From: a virus
Direction: 5' to 3' (one strand)
Virus record (IMG/VR): IMGVR_UViG_3300034072_002191
Coordinates: 1 to 64,000 of that record
Length of the DNA stretch: 64,000 nt
Positions 53,739 to 63,496 of this stretch are shown piece after piece (the stretch's first letter is position 1; the number at the start of each line of letters is the position of its first letter). The translations under genes were made by a program, and so were the position numbers. Under the pieces are notes generated by a model that had not been told where the DNA came from, searched no databases, and saw only the letters and a list, made by a program, of their open reading frames with translations.

Positions 53739-54009
53739 CGCGCTCGCGTAAATTGTTGCGGCGTGAGAGAATTGCCCTCAGACACTCCTAAGAGGACGCA
53801 TTTCCGCGTCTTAGAGGCCCTTGAGAGGCTGTTCAGCCGCCGGTCGCCGACTCTGACACATCCTGTCAAAGGGCTGTCTATTTCACGCGTGCGTTTTGAC
53901 AACGTCGCTCCCACCGATGCGCGCTAGCCCCTGTTGCAAACCCACGGATTTCCGCCATTTGTCCGCGAAAGATCGGGTAAGCGGGGCTAATCCCGGAATT
54001 CAACCTTCA

Positions 54010-54039
54010 CTCCAGCAGCAAGTGTCAACTCTCATCGGG
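54010..54039. repeat. Mu left end and target duplication
   Basis: Reverse complement TGAGAGTTGACAC-N6-CTGGAG; CA|TCGGG. Confidence 0.9.
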
Positions 54040-54119
54040 ACCTTCGATCTGGAGCACGGCTCTTGCGACTCCCGCCAGACTGACCGGCGCAGACCGCGCT
54101 CGGGCGGAAGTTTCAAGCT

Positions 54120-54476
54120 ATGAGCAAACGAAGATTGGCGGGCCTGCCTCCCAGGCTCGCCTCGCTGCCGTCCCGGCTCGCCACATTCGAGAGCGGCGAT
54201 CGCGGGCGGACGCAGGCCAGCCCTTGGCGGCAATGGTACAAGACGCCTCGCTGGCGTGCGACGCGCCTCCGGATCTTCGCTCGCGATGCCTATCGCTGCC
54301 AATGGCCAGGATGCGGGCGCATCGAACCCAACACCTCGCTCCTAGTTGCCGACCATCGTACGGCGCACCGCGGCGACGAACGTCTCTTCTGGGACGAGGG
54401 TAACATCCAGACGCTCTGCAAGCCCTGTCACGACGGCGCGAAGCAGCGCGCCGAGCAGCGCGGCCGCAGTCGCTGA
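54120..54476 (+). CDS. Packaging-associated HNH endonuclease
   Basis: DHRTAHRGD...NIQTLCKPCH; directly upstream of terS. Confidence 0.9.
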   Translation: MSKRRLAGLPPRLASLPSRLATFESGDRGRTQASPWRQWYKTPRWRATRLRIFARDAYRCQWPGCGRIEPNTSLLVADHRTAHRGDERLFWDEGNIQTLCKPCHDGAKQRAEQRGRSR

Positions 54477-54597
54477 CCCCACCCCCCGGTCAAAAGTCTG
54501 GCCGGGCGCCGCCGCACTGGACCGCTCCCGTCCCACGCGGAGAAAAAATCCCGGTGGAGCGGCTGGGGGTGCGAACTTTCGCCGGAGGTAGCCGCCG
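54477..54597. other. Probable cos region
   Basis: Intergenic position between HNH and terS, as in HK97-like phages; exact site not determined. Confidence 0.4.
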
Positions 54598-55158
54598 ATG
54601 GCGCAACGAAAATCGACTATCGACTGGGCGCGGATCGAACTTGAATACTTGGCGGGTGAAGATTCCATCCGCGAAATAGCTGACCGACACGAGATTTCCG
54701 ACACGGCTATTCGGAAGCGTGCGAAAGAGCATGGGTGGGTTCGCGAGGTTCGCAGTGCGAACCGGTGCGAACCTGCCCGCCAGCCGCCTCCGCCGCCCCG
54801 CTCGGACCCGGAGACGCCCCGCGATCCCGGCCAAATCGCAGACGATGGCCGCTCGCTCGTTGGGCGCATGCTGGACGAGCTGGACACAGTCACCAGCCGC
54901 CGCGGTGAGCTTGAAGACCTGATCATCGCTGCCACGGATGGCGACGACGACGACAGCCGGCGCGACGCGATGATGAAGGCGCTGAGCCTGGGCAACCGTG
55001 CGAACACGATGAAGACGCTCGCGCTCGCGCTGAAGACGTTAAACGAGGCTGCGGCGCCGCAAGGGAAGAAGGCCGCGCAGCAGGAGCGGGCCGCCGCGGT
55101 CGGGAGCGGCAGCCGCTTCCAAGGCCTTGGACCGCCGACACTGAAAGCGGTGAAGTAG
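54598..55158 (+). CDS. terS: Terminase small subunit
   Basis: DWARIELEY...SIREIA...[14 protein letters not shown]; GKKAAQ tail. Confidence 0.85.
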   Translation: MAQRKSTIDWARIELEYLAGEDSIREIADRHEISDTAIRKRAKEHGWVREVRSANRCEPARQPPPPPRSDPETPRDPGQIADDGRSLVGRMLDELDTVTSRRGELEDLIIAATDGDDDDSRRDAMMKALSLGNRANTMKTLALALKTLNEAAAPQGKKAAQQERAAAVGSGSRFQGLGPPTLKAVK

Positions 55159-55159
55159 G

Positions 55160-56875
55160 GTGCTCACCTGGTCGACGGCGTGCCCGGACTGGAAGCGCCG
55201 GATCAAAGAGCGCCGGTCGTTGATCCCGTTTTCTCCGCTGTTTCCTGCCTCCGCAGAGGCGAAGATGGCGGTGTTCACGTCGCTCAAGATCGTCGACCTC
55301 GGGTACAACCCGGCAACCAACGATTATTGGACGATCGGCGAGAGCGCGGACGAGTGGCTGCTCGACTTCGTCGCCGCGATCTTCGGCGCATACGATCCCG
55401 AGACCGGGCAGCAGATGATCCGCGAGGGCTTCCTGCTGGTCTCGAAGAAGAACACGAAATCGACGATCGCCGCCGGCATCATGCTCACCGAGTTGATCTG
55501 CGGCTGGCGACCCTCGGACGAAAACCTGATCCTGGCGCCGACGATCGAGGTCGCCGGCAACAGCTTCAAGCCCGCGATGGATATGATCCGGGCAGACGAC
55601 GAGCTCGACGCGCTTCTGCATCCGCAGGAGCACATCCGGACCATCACGAACCGGAACAACAAATCGACGCTCAAGGTGGTTGCTGCCGACAGCGCGACGG
55701 TGTCGGGCAAGAAGGCAAGCCGGGTGCTGATCGACGAGCTTTGGCTGTTCGGGAAGAAGGCCACCGCCGACGCGATGTTCCGCGAGGCGACGGGCGGCCA
55801 GGTGGCGCGCCCGGAGGGGTACACGCTCTACCTGACGACACAGTCGGACGAGCCGCCGGCGGGGGTGTTCAAGGACAAGCTGGCCTATGCGCGCGATGTG
55901 CGCGACGGCCTGGTGCAGGACAACGAATTTCTCCCGGTGCTCTACGAGTTTCCGGAGGAGATGATCGAGGCGAAGGAGCACCTGCTCCCCGCCAATTTTT
56001 ACATCACCAACCCCAACCTGGGGCGTTCGGTCAGCCAGAAGTGGCTGGAGAGCCAGTTTCAGAAGGTCGAGAACGCCGAGGACGGCACCAAGCAGGTCTT
56101 CTATGCGAAGCACCTCAACGTCGAGATCGGAGTCGGCCTTCGGCATGATGCCTGGGCGGGGGCCCTCTATTGGGAGGCGGCGGCGGCGCCGCCGGAGATC
56201 TGGGACGGCTCGCTCGAGCATTTCGTCGCCATCTGCGAGGTGGCTGTGGCCGGCATAGACGGTGGAGGTCTCGACGACTTGCTCGGCCTGACGTTGCTCG
56301 GCCGCCACCGGCAGACCAAGGCCTGGCTTAGCTGGTCGCATGCCTGGGCCCAGCTCGACGTGTTCGAGCGCCGCAAGGATATCGTCAGCCGGCTGCAGGA
56401 CTTCATCGCCGAGGGATCGCTGACGAAGTGCGAGGACCCGACGCAGGATCTGGTCGAGCTAGCGAACATCCTGGAGCAGGTAAAGGATGCTGGGCTGTTC
56501 CCGGAGGAGTACGCGATCGGGCTCGACCCGGCTGGCGTGGCCGCGATCGTCGACGAGCTTATAGGGCGAGGCTTCACCGAAAAGCAGCTGCTCGCGATCT
56601 CGCAGGGCTTCCGCCTGTCGGCTGCGGTCTGGGGATCGGAGCGCAAGCTCAAGGACGGCACGCTGCTCCACGCCGTGCAGGAGCTGATGAACTGGTGTGT
56701 CGGCAACGCGAAGGCTGAGCAGCGCGGGAACGCGGTGCTGATCACCAAGCAGGTCGCCGGCAAGGCCAAGATCGACCCGCTGATCGCCCTGTTCAACGCC
56801 GTCATGCTGATGGCTCGCAATCCGGCGGCGGTGCCGCCGTCCGTCTACACGCGCCGCGGCATCATTCGGGTCTGA
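55160..56875 (+). CDS. terL: Terminase large subunit
   Basis: [29 protein letters not shown]. Confidence 0.95.
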   Translation: MLTWSTACPDWKRRIKERRSLIPFSPLFPASAEAKMAVFTSLKIVDLGYNPATNDYWTIGESADEWLLDFVAAIFGAYDPETGQQMIREGFLLVSKKNTKSTIAAGIMLTELICGWRPSDENLILAPTIEVAGNSFKPAMDMIRADDELDALLHPQEHIRTITNRNNKSTLKVVAADSATVSGKKASRVLIDELWLFGKKATADAMFREATGGQVARPEGYTLYLTTQSDEPPAGVFKDKLAYARDVRDGLVQDNEFLPVLYEFPEEMIEAKEHLLPANFYITNPNLGRSVSQKWLESQFQKVENAEDGTKQVFYAKHLNVEIGVGLRHDAWAGALYWEAAAAPPEIWDGSLEHFVAICEVAVAGIDGGGLDDLLGLTLLGRHRQTKAWLSWSHAWAQLDVFERRKDIVSRLQDFIAEGSLTKCEDPTQDLVELANILEQVKDAGLFPEEYAIGLDPAGVAAIVDELIGRGFTEKQLLAISQGFRLSAAVWGSERKLKDGTLLHAVQELMNWCVGNAKAEQRGNAVLITKQVAGKAKIDPLIALFNAVMLMARNPAAVPPSVYTRRGIIRV

Positions 56876-56885
56876 AGGAGGGCGT

Positions 56886-58199
56886 ATGGGAGGCATGTCG
56901 CCCGACGATTATCGCCGCGCGGCCGGCTATCGCCGGTCCGAGGCGCAACGGGCGCCGGTGATGGTTGCTCGCACGGGTCCGGTCAGCGCAGCCCAGGTCA
57001 TGACCTTCGAAAGCCCCGAGCTGGTCGACTTTCTTCGCGGCGGTGCACCGTCGGCCAGCGGCACGCACGTCGACGAGCTGATGTCGCTGCGGAACAGCAC
57101 ATTCTTCCGCGCGGTGAACCTGATCGCCGCCTCGATCGGCATGCTGCCCACCTTTCTCATGCGTCGCACGGTCGACGCGCAGGGGCAGGAGCACATCCAG
57201 AAGGCCAAGGATCACCCGCTCTATCGGGTGCTGCACAAGCGGCCCAACACCTATCAGACGGCTTTCGAGTTCAAGAGCCACATGCAGCAGCTCGCGCTGC
57301 GCCATGGCAACGCCTATGCACTCATCATCCGGGGCCTGCGGGGGAAGGTGGTGCAGCTGGTGCCGCTGCCGCGCGGCGCCGTAACCCCAAAGCTCTCCAG
57401 CGACTGGGTGCTGACCTTCGAATATCGCCGCCCGACTGGTGGAACGGTGACCCTTCCGGCGAGCGACGTCTTCCACTTTCGCCACCCAATCACGCGCGAC
57501 GGCCTGACCGGCGTCAGCCTCGTCGACATGGCTCGCAATTCCATCGGGATCGCGGCCGATGCCGAGAAGGCGGCCGGCAAGCTGCTGAACGGCGGCGTCA
57601 TGGCGGGCGGGGCGCTGGAAACCGACAAAGGCCTGGGGGACGAGGCGATCGATCGCCTGAAGGCGAGCATGGCCGAGGACTATACGGGCACCGACAACGC
57701 CGGAACCTGGATGATCCTCGAAGAGGGCATGAAGGCCAAGCCGTTCATCGCCAGCGCGCGGGATGCCCAATACGACGAGCTGCGGAAGCGACAGGCGGAG
57801 GAGGTATCACGCTTCACCGGCGTGCCGCGCCCGCTTCTTATGTTCGACGAGACCAGCTGGGGCAGTGGCATCGAGCAGCTGGGGCTGTTCTTCGTGACCT
57901 ACTGCCTCATGCCGTGGTTCATCGCCTGGGAGCAGGCAATCGAGCGCTCGTGCTTCACCGATGCCGAGCAAGATGCCGAAGAGCTCTACGTCAAGTTCAA
58001 CGAGGGCGCGCTGCTGCGCGGCTCGCTCAAGGATCAGGCCGAGTTCTTCAAGGCAGCCCTGGGCCCGAACCAAGCCTATCGCTCGGTCAATGAGGTGCGG
58101 AGCGCCTTCGATCTCAACCCAAAGACAGGCGACGAGACCGGGCCCGACGCAATTCCGCAGCCAATCGCCGCCCCGCAACCGCAAGGGACCACCAAATGA
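56886..58199 (+). CDS. HK97-family portal protein
   Basis: PNTYQT; GNAYA; ILEEGM; FTGVP; NEVR. Confidence 0.95.
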   Translation: MGGMSPDDYRRAAGYRRSEAQRAPVMVARTGPVSAAQVMTFESPELVDFLRGGAPSASGTHVDELMSLRNSTFFRAVNLIAASIGMLPTFLMRRTVDAQGQEHIQKAKDHPLYRVLHKRPNTYQTAFEFKSHMQQLALRHGNAYALIIRGLRGKVVQLVPLPRGAVTPKLSSDWVLTFEYRRPTGGTVTLPASDVFHFRHPITRDGLTGVSLVDMARNSIGIAADAEKAAGKLLNGGVMAGGALETDKGLGDEAIDRLKASMAEDYTGTDNAGTWMILEEGMKAKPFIASARDAQYDELRKRQAEEVSRFTGVPRPLLMFDETSWGSGIEQLGLFFVTYCLMPWFIAWEQAIERSCFTDAEQDAEELYVKFNEGALLRGSLKDQAEFFKAALGPNQAYRSVNEVRSAFDLNPKTGDETGPDAIPQPIAAPQPQGTTK

Positions 58200-59185
58200 G
58201 CGAGCAGCCTCGCCCGCCCGGGCGACCGGACGCCATCAAGACGTTGGGCGGCAAGCCCCTGCCGGGCGCGAAGCCCGCTGCCGCGGTGCCGGGCCGGCCG
58301 CGCGCGATCATCGGCAACGTGCAGGGCCGCGAACGCCCTGGCGCGCTGCCGCTCCCCGCCGATCGCAAGGTGTCCGCCTTCTCGCCGGCGTCTGTGCTCG
58401 ATCGCTGGGGCGAGGATGCGGCTGGTATCCGCCCGGCCGCGCTCGAGCAGGGCGATTCGACGATCACTATGTTCGACGTGATCGGCGAAGACTGGTGGAC
58501 CGGCGGCGGCGTGACCGCGAAGAAGGTCGGCGCCCAGCTCCGGGCGATCGGCAATCGCCCAATCGAAGTGCAGATCAACAGCGGCGGCGGCGACATGTTC
58601 GAGGGCCTCGCGATCTACAACGTGCTTCGCGAGCATCCCGCCGAGGTGACGGTCAAGGTCATGGGCATGGCGGCTTCGGCCGCCTCCATCATCGCCATGG
58701 CTGGGGACCGCGTCGAGATCGGCGCCGCCAGCTTCATCATGATTCATAATTGCTGGGTCGTGGCGTCGGGCAACCGCCACGACATGGCCGAAGTCGCCGC
58801 CTATCTGGCGCCGTTCGACCAGGCCATGGCCGATGTCTACGCCCAGCGGACCGGCAAGACGGCCGCCGACGTCGCGAAGTGGATGGATGCCGAGACCTAC
58901 ATGTCGGGCAGCACCGCGATCGAGCGCGGATTCGCCGATGCTCTCCTCTCGGCTGACCAGATGAAGGTCGACGAGAAGGCCAAAGCTTCCGACCGCGAGG
59001 TGAACGAGGTTCGTGCACTCGAGATGACGCTGCTTGCCAGCGGCATGTCGCGCGCGCAGGCCCGCGCCCGCATCAAAGCACTCAAGGGCACGCCGGACGC
59101 TGCCCGCGAGCCCGCCGACACGCCTGGCGCTGGCGGCAATGACCTGCTCGGCCCGCTGGCCGGGCTCCTCAACAGCCTGAAGTAG
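58196..59185 (+). CDS. ClpP-like head maturation protease
   Basis: INSGGGD; GMAASAAS; MIHN; ETYM. Confidence 0.93.
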   Translation: MSEQPRPPGRPDAIKTLGGKPLPGAKPAAAVPGRPRAIIGNVQGRERPGALPLPADRKVSAFSPASVLDRWGEDAAGIRPAALEQGDSTITMFDVIGEDWWTGGGVTAKKVGAQLRAIGNRPIEVQINSGGGDMFEGLAIYNVLREHPAEVTVKVMGMAASAASIIAMAGDRVEIGAASFIMIHNCWVVASGNRHDMAEVAAYLAPFDQAMADVYAQRTGKTAADVAKWMDAETYMSGSTAIERGFADALLSADQMKVDEKAKASDREVNEVRALEMTLLASGMSRAQARARIKALKGTPDAAREPADTPGAGGNDLLGPLAGLLNSLK

Positions 59186-59201
59186 ACCAGGAGAAGCCCC
59201 C

Positions 59202-60596
59202 ATGAAGTTCAGCACCCGCACCGCCCTTGCGGCGGTGGCGACCGTCCTCGCGCATCCGTTCCGCGCGGCGGCAGCGCCCAAGCCCAGCCTGACCCTGAAG
59301 GCGCCGACGCTCGGCGACCTCGCCGCCGCCGGCAGCATCACGGTACCGCGCGCGATTGCGACCGCCCGCGTCCGCATGGATGCGAGCGACCCCAAGGCCT
59401 TGATCGAGCAGATCAACGCGGCGGTGAAGGAGATGCGCGACGTCAACGACCAGCGCCTGAGCAAGCTCGAAGCCAAGGTCGATCCGCTCGACGCGCAGCA
59501 GTTCGAGAAGATCAGCGCGACGGTCACGGACCTCGAAAGCGCGCTGAATGCCATCAACGCGAAGATTGCCTCTGCGGCGCTCGACGGCGCGGGGCGCAAT
59601 CAGCCGAAGGACCCGGAGTATTCCGACCGGTTCAACGCATGGTTCCGCGGCGGCAAGCACGAAGACGATCTGAAGGCGCTTCATCGTCCGGGCGGCGTCC
59701 GTGCCGCAATGACCGAAGGCTCGCAGGCCGATGGCGGCCTTACCACGCCGGTCGAGTGGGACCGCACCATCGAGGGGCGCCTGAAGCTGATCTCGCCGAT
59801 GCGCCAGAATGCCCAGGTGCAGGTGACGTCGCGCGCCGGCTTCACCAAGCTGTTCACCGACCGCCAGGTCGGCAGCGGCTGGGTCGGTGAGACCGCGGCG
59901 CGTCCGGCCACGTCCACGCCGCAGTTCACTGCGCTGACTTTCGGCAATGGCGAGATCTACGCCAACCCGGCCGCGTCCCAGACGCTGCTCGAGGACAGCG
60001 AGATCGATATCGAGGCTTGGCTCGCGGGCGAGGTCGAGACCGAGTTCGAGCGTCAGGAATCGATCGCCTTTCTCAGCGGCGACGGCGTGAACAAGCCCTA
60101 CGGCTTGCTCACCTATGTGACCGGCGGCGCCAATGCGGCGCGTCACCCCTGGGGCGACATCAAGCTCGCCGCCTCCGGCGCCGCGGCTGCGTTCACCTCG
60201 GACGCGATCATCGACCTGATCTACTCGCTGCCTGCGGCCTATTCGCAGGGCGCCAAGTTCTACACCAACCGCACGTCCCTTGCGGCCATGCGGAAGCTGA
60301 AGGACGGGCAGGGCAATTACCTGTGGCAGCCCACCTATGTCGCTGGCCAGCCGTCCACGCTCGCCGGCTACGGCGTGATCGACATGCCCGACATGCCGAA
60401 CGCCGCGGCGGGCAACGTCGCACTGCTGTTCGGTGACATGGCCCGGACCTACCTGATCATCGACCGGCGCGGCGTGATGATGCTGCGCGACCCGTACACC
60501 AACAAGCCGTTCGTCAGCTTCTACACCACGAAGCGCGTCGGCGGCGGCGTCCAGAACCCGGACGCGATGAAGGCGATGAAGATCGCCGCCAGCTGA
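59202..60596 (+). CDS. HK97-fold major capsid protein
   Basis: ADGGL..P; GWVGE; LKDGQGNYLWQP; FGDM; RVGG. Confidence 0.95.
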   Translation: MKFSTRTALAAVATVLAHPFRAAAAPKPSLTLKAPTLGDLAAAGSITVPRAIATARVRMDASDPKALIEQINAAVKEMRDVNDQRLSKLEAKVDPLDAQQFEKISATVTDLESALNAINAKIASAALDGAGRNQPKDPEYSDRFNAWFRGGKHEDDLKALHRPGGVRAAMTEGSQADGGLTTPVEWDRTIEGRLKLISPMRQNAQVQVTSRAGFTKLFTDRQVGSGWVGETAARPATSTPQFTALTFGNGEIYANPAASQTLLEDSEIDIEAWLAGEVETEFERQESIAFLSGDGVNKPYGLLTYVTGGANAARHPWGDIKLAASGAAAAFTSDAIIDLIYSLPAAYSQGAKFYTNRTSLAAMRKLKDGQGNYLWQPTYVAGQPSTLAGYGVIDMPDMPNAAAGNVALLFGDMARTYLIIDRRGVMMLRDPYTNKPFVSFYTTKRVGGGVQNPDAMKAMKIAAS

Positions 60597-60609
60597 TCGC
60601 TGACGATCT

Positions 60610-60633
60610 CCGGGCCGGCTTCGGCTGGCCCGG
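60610..60633 (+). terminator. cUUCGg-capped hairpin after the capsid gene (no clear U-tract)
   Basis: CCGGGCCGGC TTCG GCTGGCCCGG. Confidence 0.5.
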
Positions 60634-60685
60634 TTGATCGAAGCGGCGCCGCGTAGCGCCGTTTCGGTCAACCATGGAGGCCCCC

Positions 60686-60913
60686 ATGACCACGAAGAAC
60701 CCGACTGCTGCGGCGTCGACCGCGAAGACCACCGACACCGGCCGCTTCGGCGCCTCTGGCGCTCCTGGCGTCGACGTCGACCTCGATACCTCTCACCCGG
60801 CGCTCGATGCGGACCCGCGCGCGAACACCACCGCCGAGCAGAACCAGATCGACTTCAACGACCCGGCGAAAACCAGCCAGGAGGCTGTCGAGGATACGCT
60901 GAAGGCGAAGTGA
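60686..60913 (+). CDS. Hypothetical protein
   Basis: GGAGG RBS. Confidence 0.7.
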   Translation: MTTKNPTAAASTAKTTDTGRFGASGAPGVDVDLDTSHPALDADPRANTTAEQNQIDFNDPAKTSQEAVEDTLKAK

Positions 60914-60969
60914 CCACGGGCCGCGCCTCACCGCGCGGCCCAACCCCTGCACGACCATAGGAGGGCCCC

Positions 60970-61758
60970 TTGGCCGACAATGTCACCACCCCCGTTGCCG
61001 ACGGCAAGGTTCTTGCCTTCAAGGATATCGGCGGCATCCTGTTCGCCCTGAACCTGCTCGTGGACGCTGCCGGGCAGGATGTGATGGGTCTGGTAGCCGC
61101 CAGTCCCGCCGCCAACACCATGCTTGGGCGGTTGAAGGCGATCGCCGATCTGCTGACGTCGCAGAACGGCTATGTCGACGGGCTGGAAGGATTGCAGACG
61201 GCCGGCAACGCCACCCTGACCCAGATCGCGGGCTATCTGGACGGCGTCGAGGGGCTGCTCGCAGCCGCGACCCCGCCGGGCGAGAGCTACATCGGCCGCC
61301 TTGGCGGCGATGTGCTGACTGCGCCCGGTAGCACGCCGACGGTCAGCACCACCGCTTATGCCAGCGGCAATGTAGTCGGTAGTCTGATCACCTTCACCGG
61401 CGCCGCGCGCCTGGCGGCCGGTTCGGGCCTCATCCAGGCGGCAAGCGTGATGTCCAAGAGCGCGCAGACCGCAGCGCTCGATCTCCTGATCTTCTCCGCG
61501 AATCCGTCAGCATCCACGTTCACGGACAAGGCGGCCGTCGCGATCAATGCCGCCGACCTCGACAAGCTGGTCGGCGTGATCCACCTGACCGATTGGTCGG
61601 CGCTCGGCACTGCCTCGATTGCCCAGGCGGTCGGTGGCGGGCTTCCCTTCAAGCTGGCATCCGGCACCTCGATCTACGGCGTGCTGGTCGCGCGCGCGGC
61701 GATAACGCTGGCCTCGACGTCCGATCTCACGCCGTCGCTCCGGATCATTCCGGGCTGA
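60970..61758 (+). CDS. Putative head/neck fibre or decoration protein
   Basis: AGGAGG RBS; Ala/Gly/Thr-rich with a beta-rich C-terminus. Confidence 0.55.
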   Translation: MADNVTTPVADGKVLAFKDIGGILFALNLLVDAAGQDVMGLVAASPAANTMLGRLKAIADLLTSQNGYVDGLEGLQTAGNATLTQIAGYLDGVEGLLAAATPPGESYIGRLGGDVLTAPGSTPTVSTTAYASGNVVGSLITFTGAARLAAGSGLIQAASVMSKSAQTAALDLLIFSANPSASTFTDKAAVAINAADLDKLVGVIHLTDWSALGTASIAQAVGGGLPFKLASGTSIYGVLVARAAITLASTSDLTPSLRIIPG

Positions 61759-61771
61759 TCGGAGGCTCGCC

Positions 61772-62272
61772 ATGCTGACACAGCTCATTGCCCTTGGCCT
61801 GTTCGCCGCGCCGAGCGGTGGCACGGCGGAGAAGGGCGCGGTGATTGCCACGCCGGATCGCACCGCCAGCATGACGGTGGTGCAACCGAGCGCCTCCCGC
61901 GGCACGGCGCTGCCCCTCGGCGCGGCTGCATGGGCGCAGCAGTTCGATCCCGGCGACCACGCACCATACGCGATCGACTTCACCGAGCTGCTCGACGAGG
62001 ATGAAGGCATCGCCAAGATCGAGGCGGTCAAGGTTTCCTCGACCGCCGCACTGCTCGGCATCGGTGTCGATGCGGCATCCGGCTACCGGCCCATCATCGA
62101 CGCGGCCGGCAAGAAGATCCAGCTCTGGTTTCTGGTCGACCAGGCTTTCTGGGAATCCTCCTCGTTCGCGGCAGACGGCGTGCTCCTGCCGGTGTCCGTT
62201 CGCATCGTGACCGATGCCACCTCGCCCAAGCGCTATGAGCGCACGGCGATCTTGACGGTCCGGCAGCTGTGA
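61772..62272 (+). CDS. Fibre-adaptor-like virion protein
   Basis: FDPGDHAPYAIDF...YERT motif. Confidence 0.55.
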   Translation: MLTQLIALGLFAAPSGGTAEKGAVIATPDRTASMTVVQPSASRGTALPLGAAAWAQQFDPGDHAPYAIDFTELLDEDEGIAKIEAVKVSSTAALLGIGVDAASGYRPIIDAAGKKIQLWFLVDQAFWESSSFAADGVLLPVSVRIVTDATSPKRYERTAILTVRQL

Positions 62273-62490
62273 AGATCGAGAATGGCGACCGGGTGCGGCT
62301 GGAGATCGCTGGCGTGTTCGACGGCTGGGCCGGCCGCCAGGGCAATCGCGTCTCCTTCCTGCCCAACCGAACCGCGGCGCGGCCGGAGAGCGTCAAGGGG
62401 GGCATGCTCGACGGCAAGCCTGTGCGCCTGGCGACCAGCGTGGAGGGGGCCGGCCCGTTCTACACCGCGCGATTCGAGGCGATCGAATGA
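62269..62490 (+). CDS. Hypothetical protein
   Basis: Coupled at both ends. Confidence 0.5.
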   Translation: MKIENGDRVRLEIAGVFDGWAGRQGNRVSFLPNRTAARPESVKGGMLDGKPVRLATSVEGAGPFYTARFEAIE

Positions 62491-63116
62491 CCATCTCTGA
62501 AATGCGCGCACTGGTTGGGCTACCCGACAACGCCACCGACGCAGAGGTGGTCGCCGCCTATGCGGCGCTCACCGACGATGCACCGCAGCCCAGCCTGCCG
62601 CTGGTCGAGCCGCTCACCGTCGAGCAGGCGCGCATGCAGTGCCGGATCGACGACGACGTTGAGGATGCGCTCATCGCGCAGAAGATCCGCGCCGCGCGCG
62701 AATGGGTCGAGCGGCATACGGGTCGCATCCTCGCGCAGCGGACGCTGACGGCCGGGTTTTCCGGTTGGGGCAAGGCATTAACGATCTACCGCCGCCCTGT
62801 GGTCTCGATCGACGCTATCGCGTTCAACGGCGTCGACGGCGACGCGACCTTCACCGATTTCGGCACCGCGCTCGGCGTCTATCCGACCCGCATCGTGCCC
62901 GCCGCGCGCACGTGCTGGCCGCGGCTGCGGCCCGGCGGCGGCGTCACCGTCGCCTATACCGCGGGCTACGACGCCGGGAAGGTGCCGCTTCTCTATGTCG
63001 AGGCGATGCAGGTTCTCGTTGCCGGCATGATGACCGATCGGACAGGGGGGTACGAGCAGGCGATCGCCGCCGCCAAGAACATGCTCGAGCATGCTGCGCG
63101 GGCGACGCGCGTCTGA
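62487..63116 (+). CDS. Head-tail connector (HK97 gp6-like)
   Basis: EPLTVEQAR..CRID...AAREWVE..TGR; YTAGY. Confidence 0.88.
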   Translation: MTISEMRALVGLPDNATDAEVVAAYAALTDDAPQPSLPLVEPLTVEQARMQCRIDDDVEDALIAQKIRAAREWVERHTGRILAQRTLTAGFSGWGKALTIYRRPVVSIDAIAFNGVDGDATFTDFGTALGVYPTRIVPAARTCWPRLRPGGGVTVAYTAGYDAGKVPLLYVEAMQVLVAGMMTDRTGGYEQAIAAAKNMLEHAARATRV

Positions 63117-63496
63117 TGGCGATGATCCAGCCGGGGCGGCTGAACCGCCGGATCCAGATCGAGCGCCCAGTTGCCGACACCAGCCTCGACGGGGCGGGCT
63201 CCGGCACTTGGGCGGCGGTTGGCTTACCGGTGTGGGCCGAGGTGCAGGATGCGCTTCCGAGCCGCGGTGAGAAGGTCGCTGACGGCGTCAATATCTCCGC
63301 GCGTCCTGCGCGCATCCGCATGCGCTACCGCCGGGACATCACCAGCGACATGCGCTTCGTGCTGCTCCGGAAGGAAGGCGCCACCTACGTGGCGGATCGC
63401 ATCCTCCAGATCGTCTCCGGCCCGGCGGAGTTGGGCTTCCACGAAGGGCTGGAATTCATGGCCGAGGACTATCGCCCGGCCGGGAACCCTGCCTGA
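63116..63496 (+). CDS. Head closure/head-tail adaptor
   Basis: GRLNRRIQIE...VWAEV...IRMRYRRDI. Confidence 0.88.
   Translation: MAMIQPGRLNRRIQIERPVADTSLDGAGSGTWAAVGLPVWAEVQDALPSRGEKVADGVNISARPARIRMRYRRDITSDMRFVLLRKEGATYVADRILQIVSGPAELGFHEGLEFMAEDYRPAGNPA

Larger units (their letters stand above)
17713..54034 (-). mobile_element. Mu-like transposable prophage (36,322 bp) with a non-contractile (siphovirus-type) tail
   Basis: Begins TG (17713) and ends CA (54034); TCGGG direct repeat at 17708-17712 and 54035-54039; encodes repressor, Ner, MuA, MuB, GemA, Mor, Mu-type terminase, portal, F, G, I, T. Confidence 0.95.

Noticed and set aside
58076-60671. Long antisense ORFs (507 and 500 aa; likewise 32888-34327, 28790-30085, 44121-42802 region, 54923-56341)
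   Set aside because: Shadow frames of well-supported genes in high-GC DNA, with no motifs
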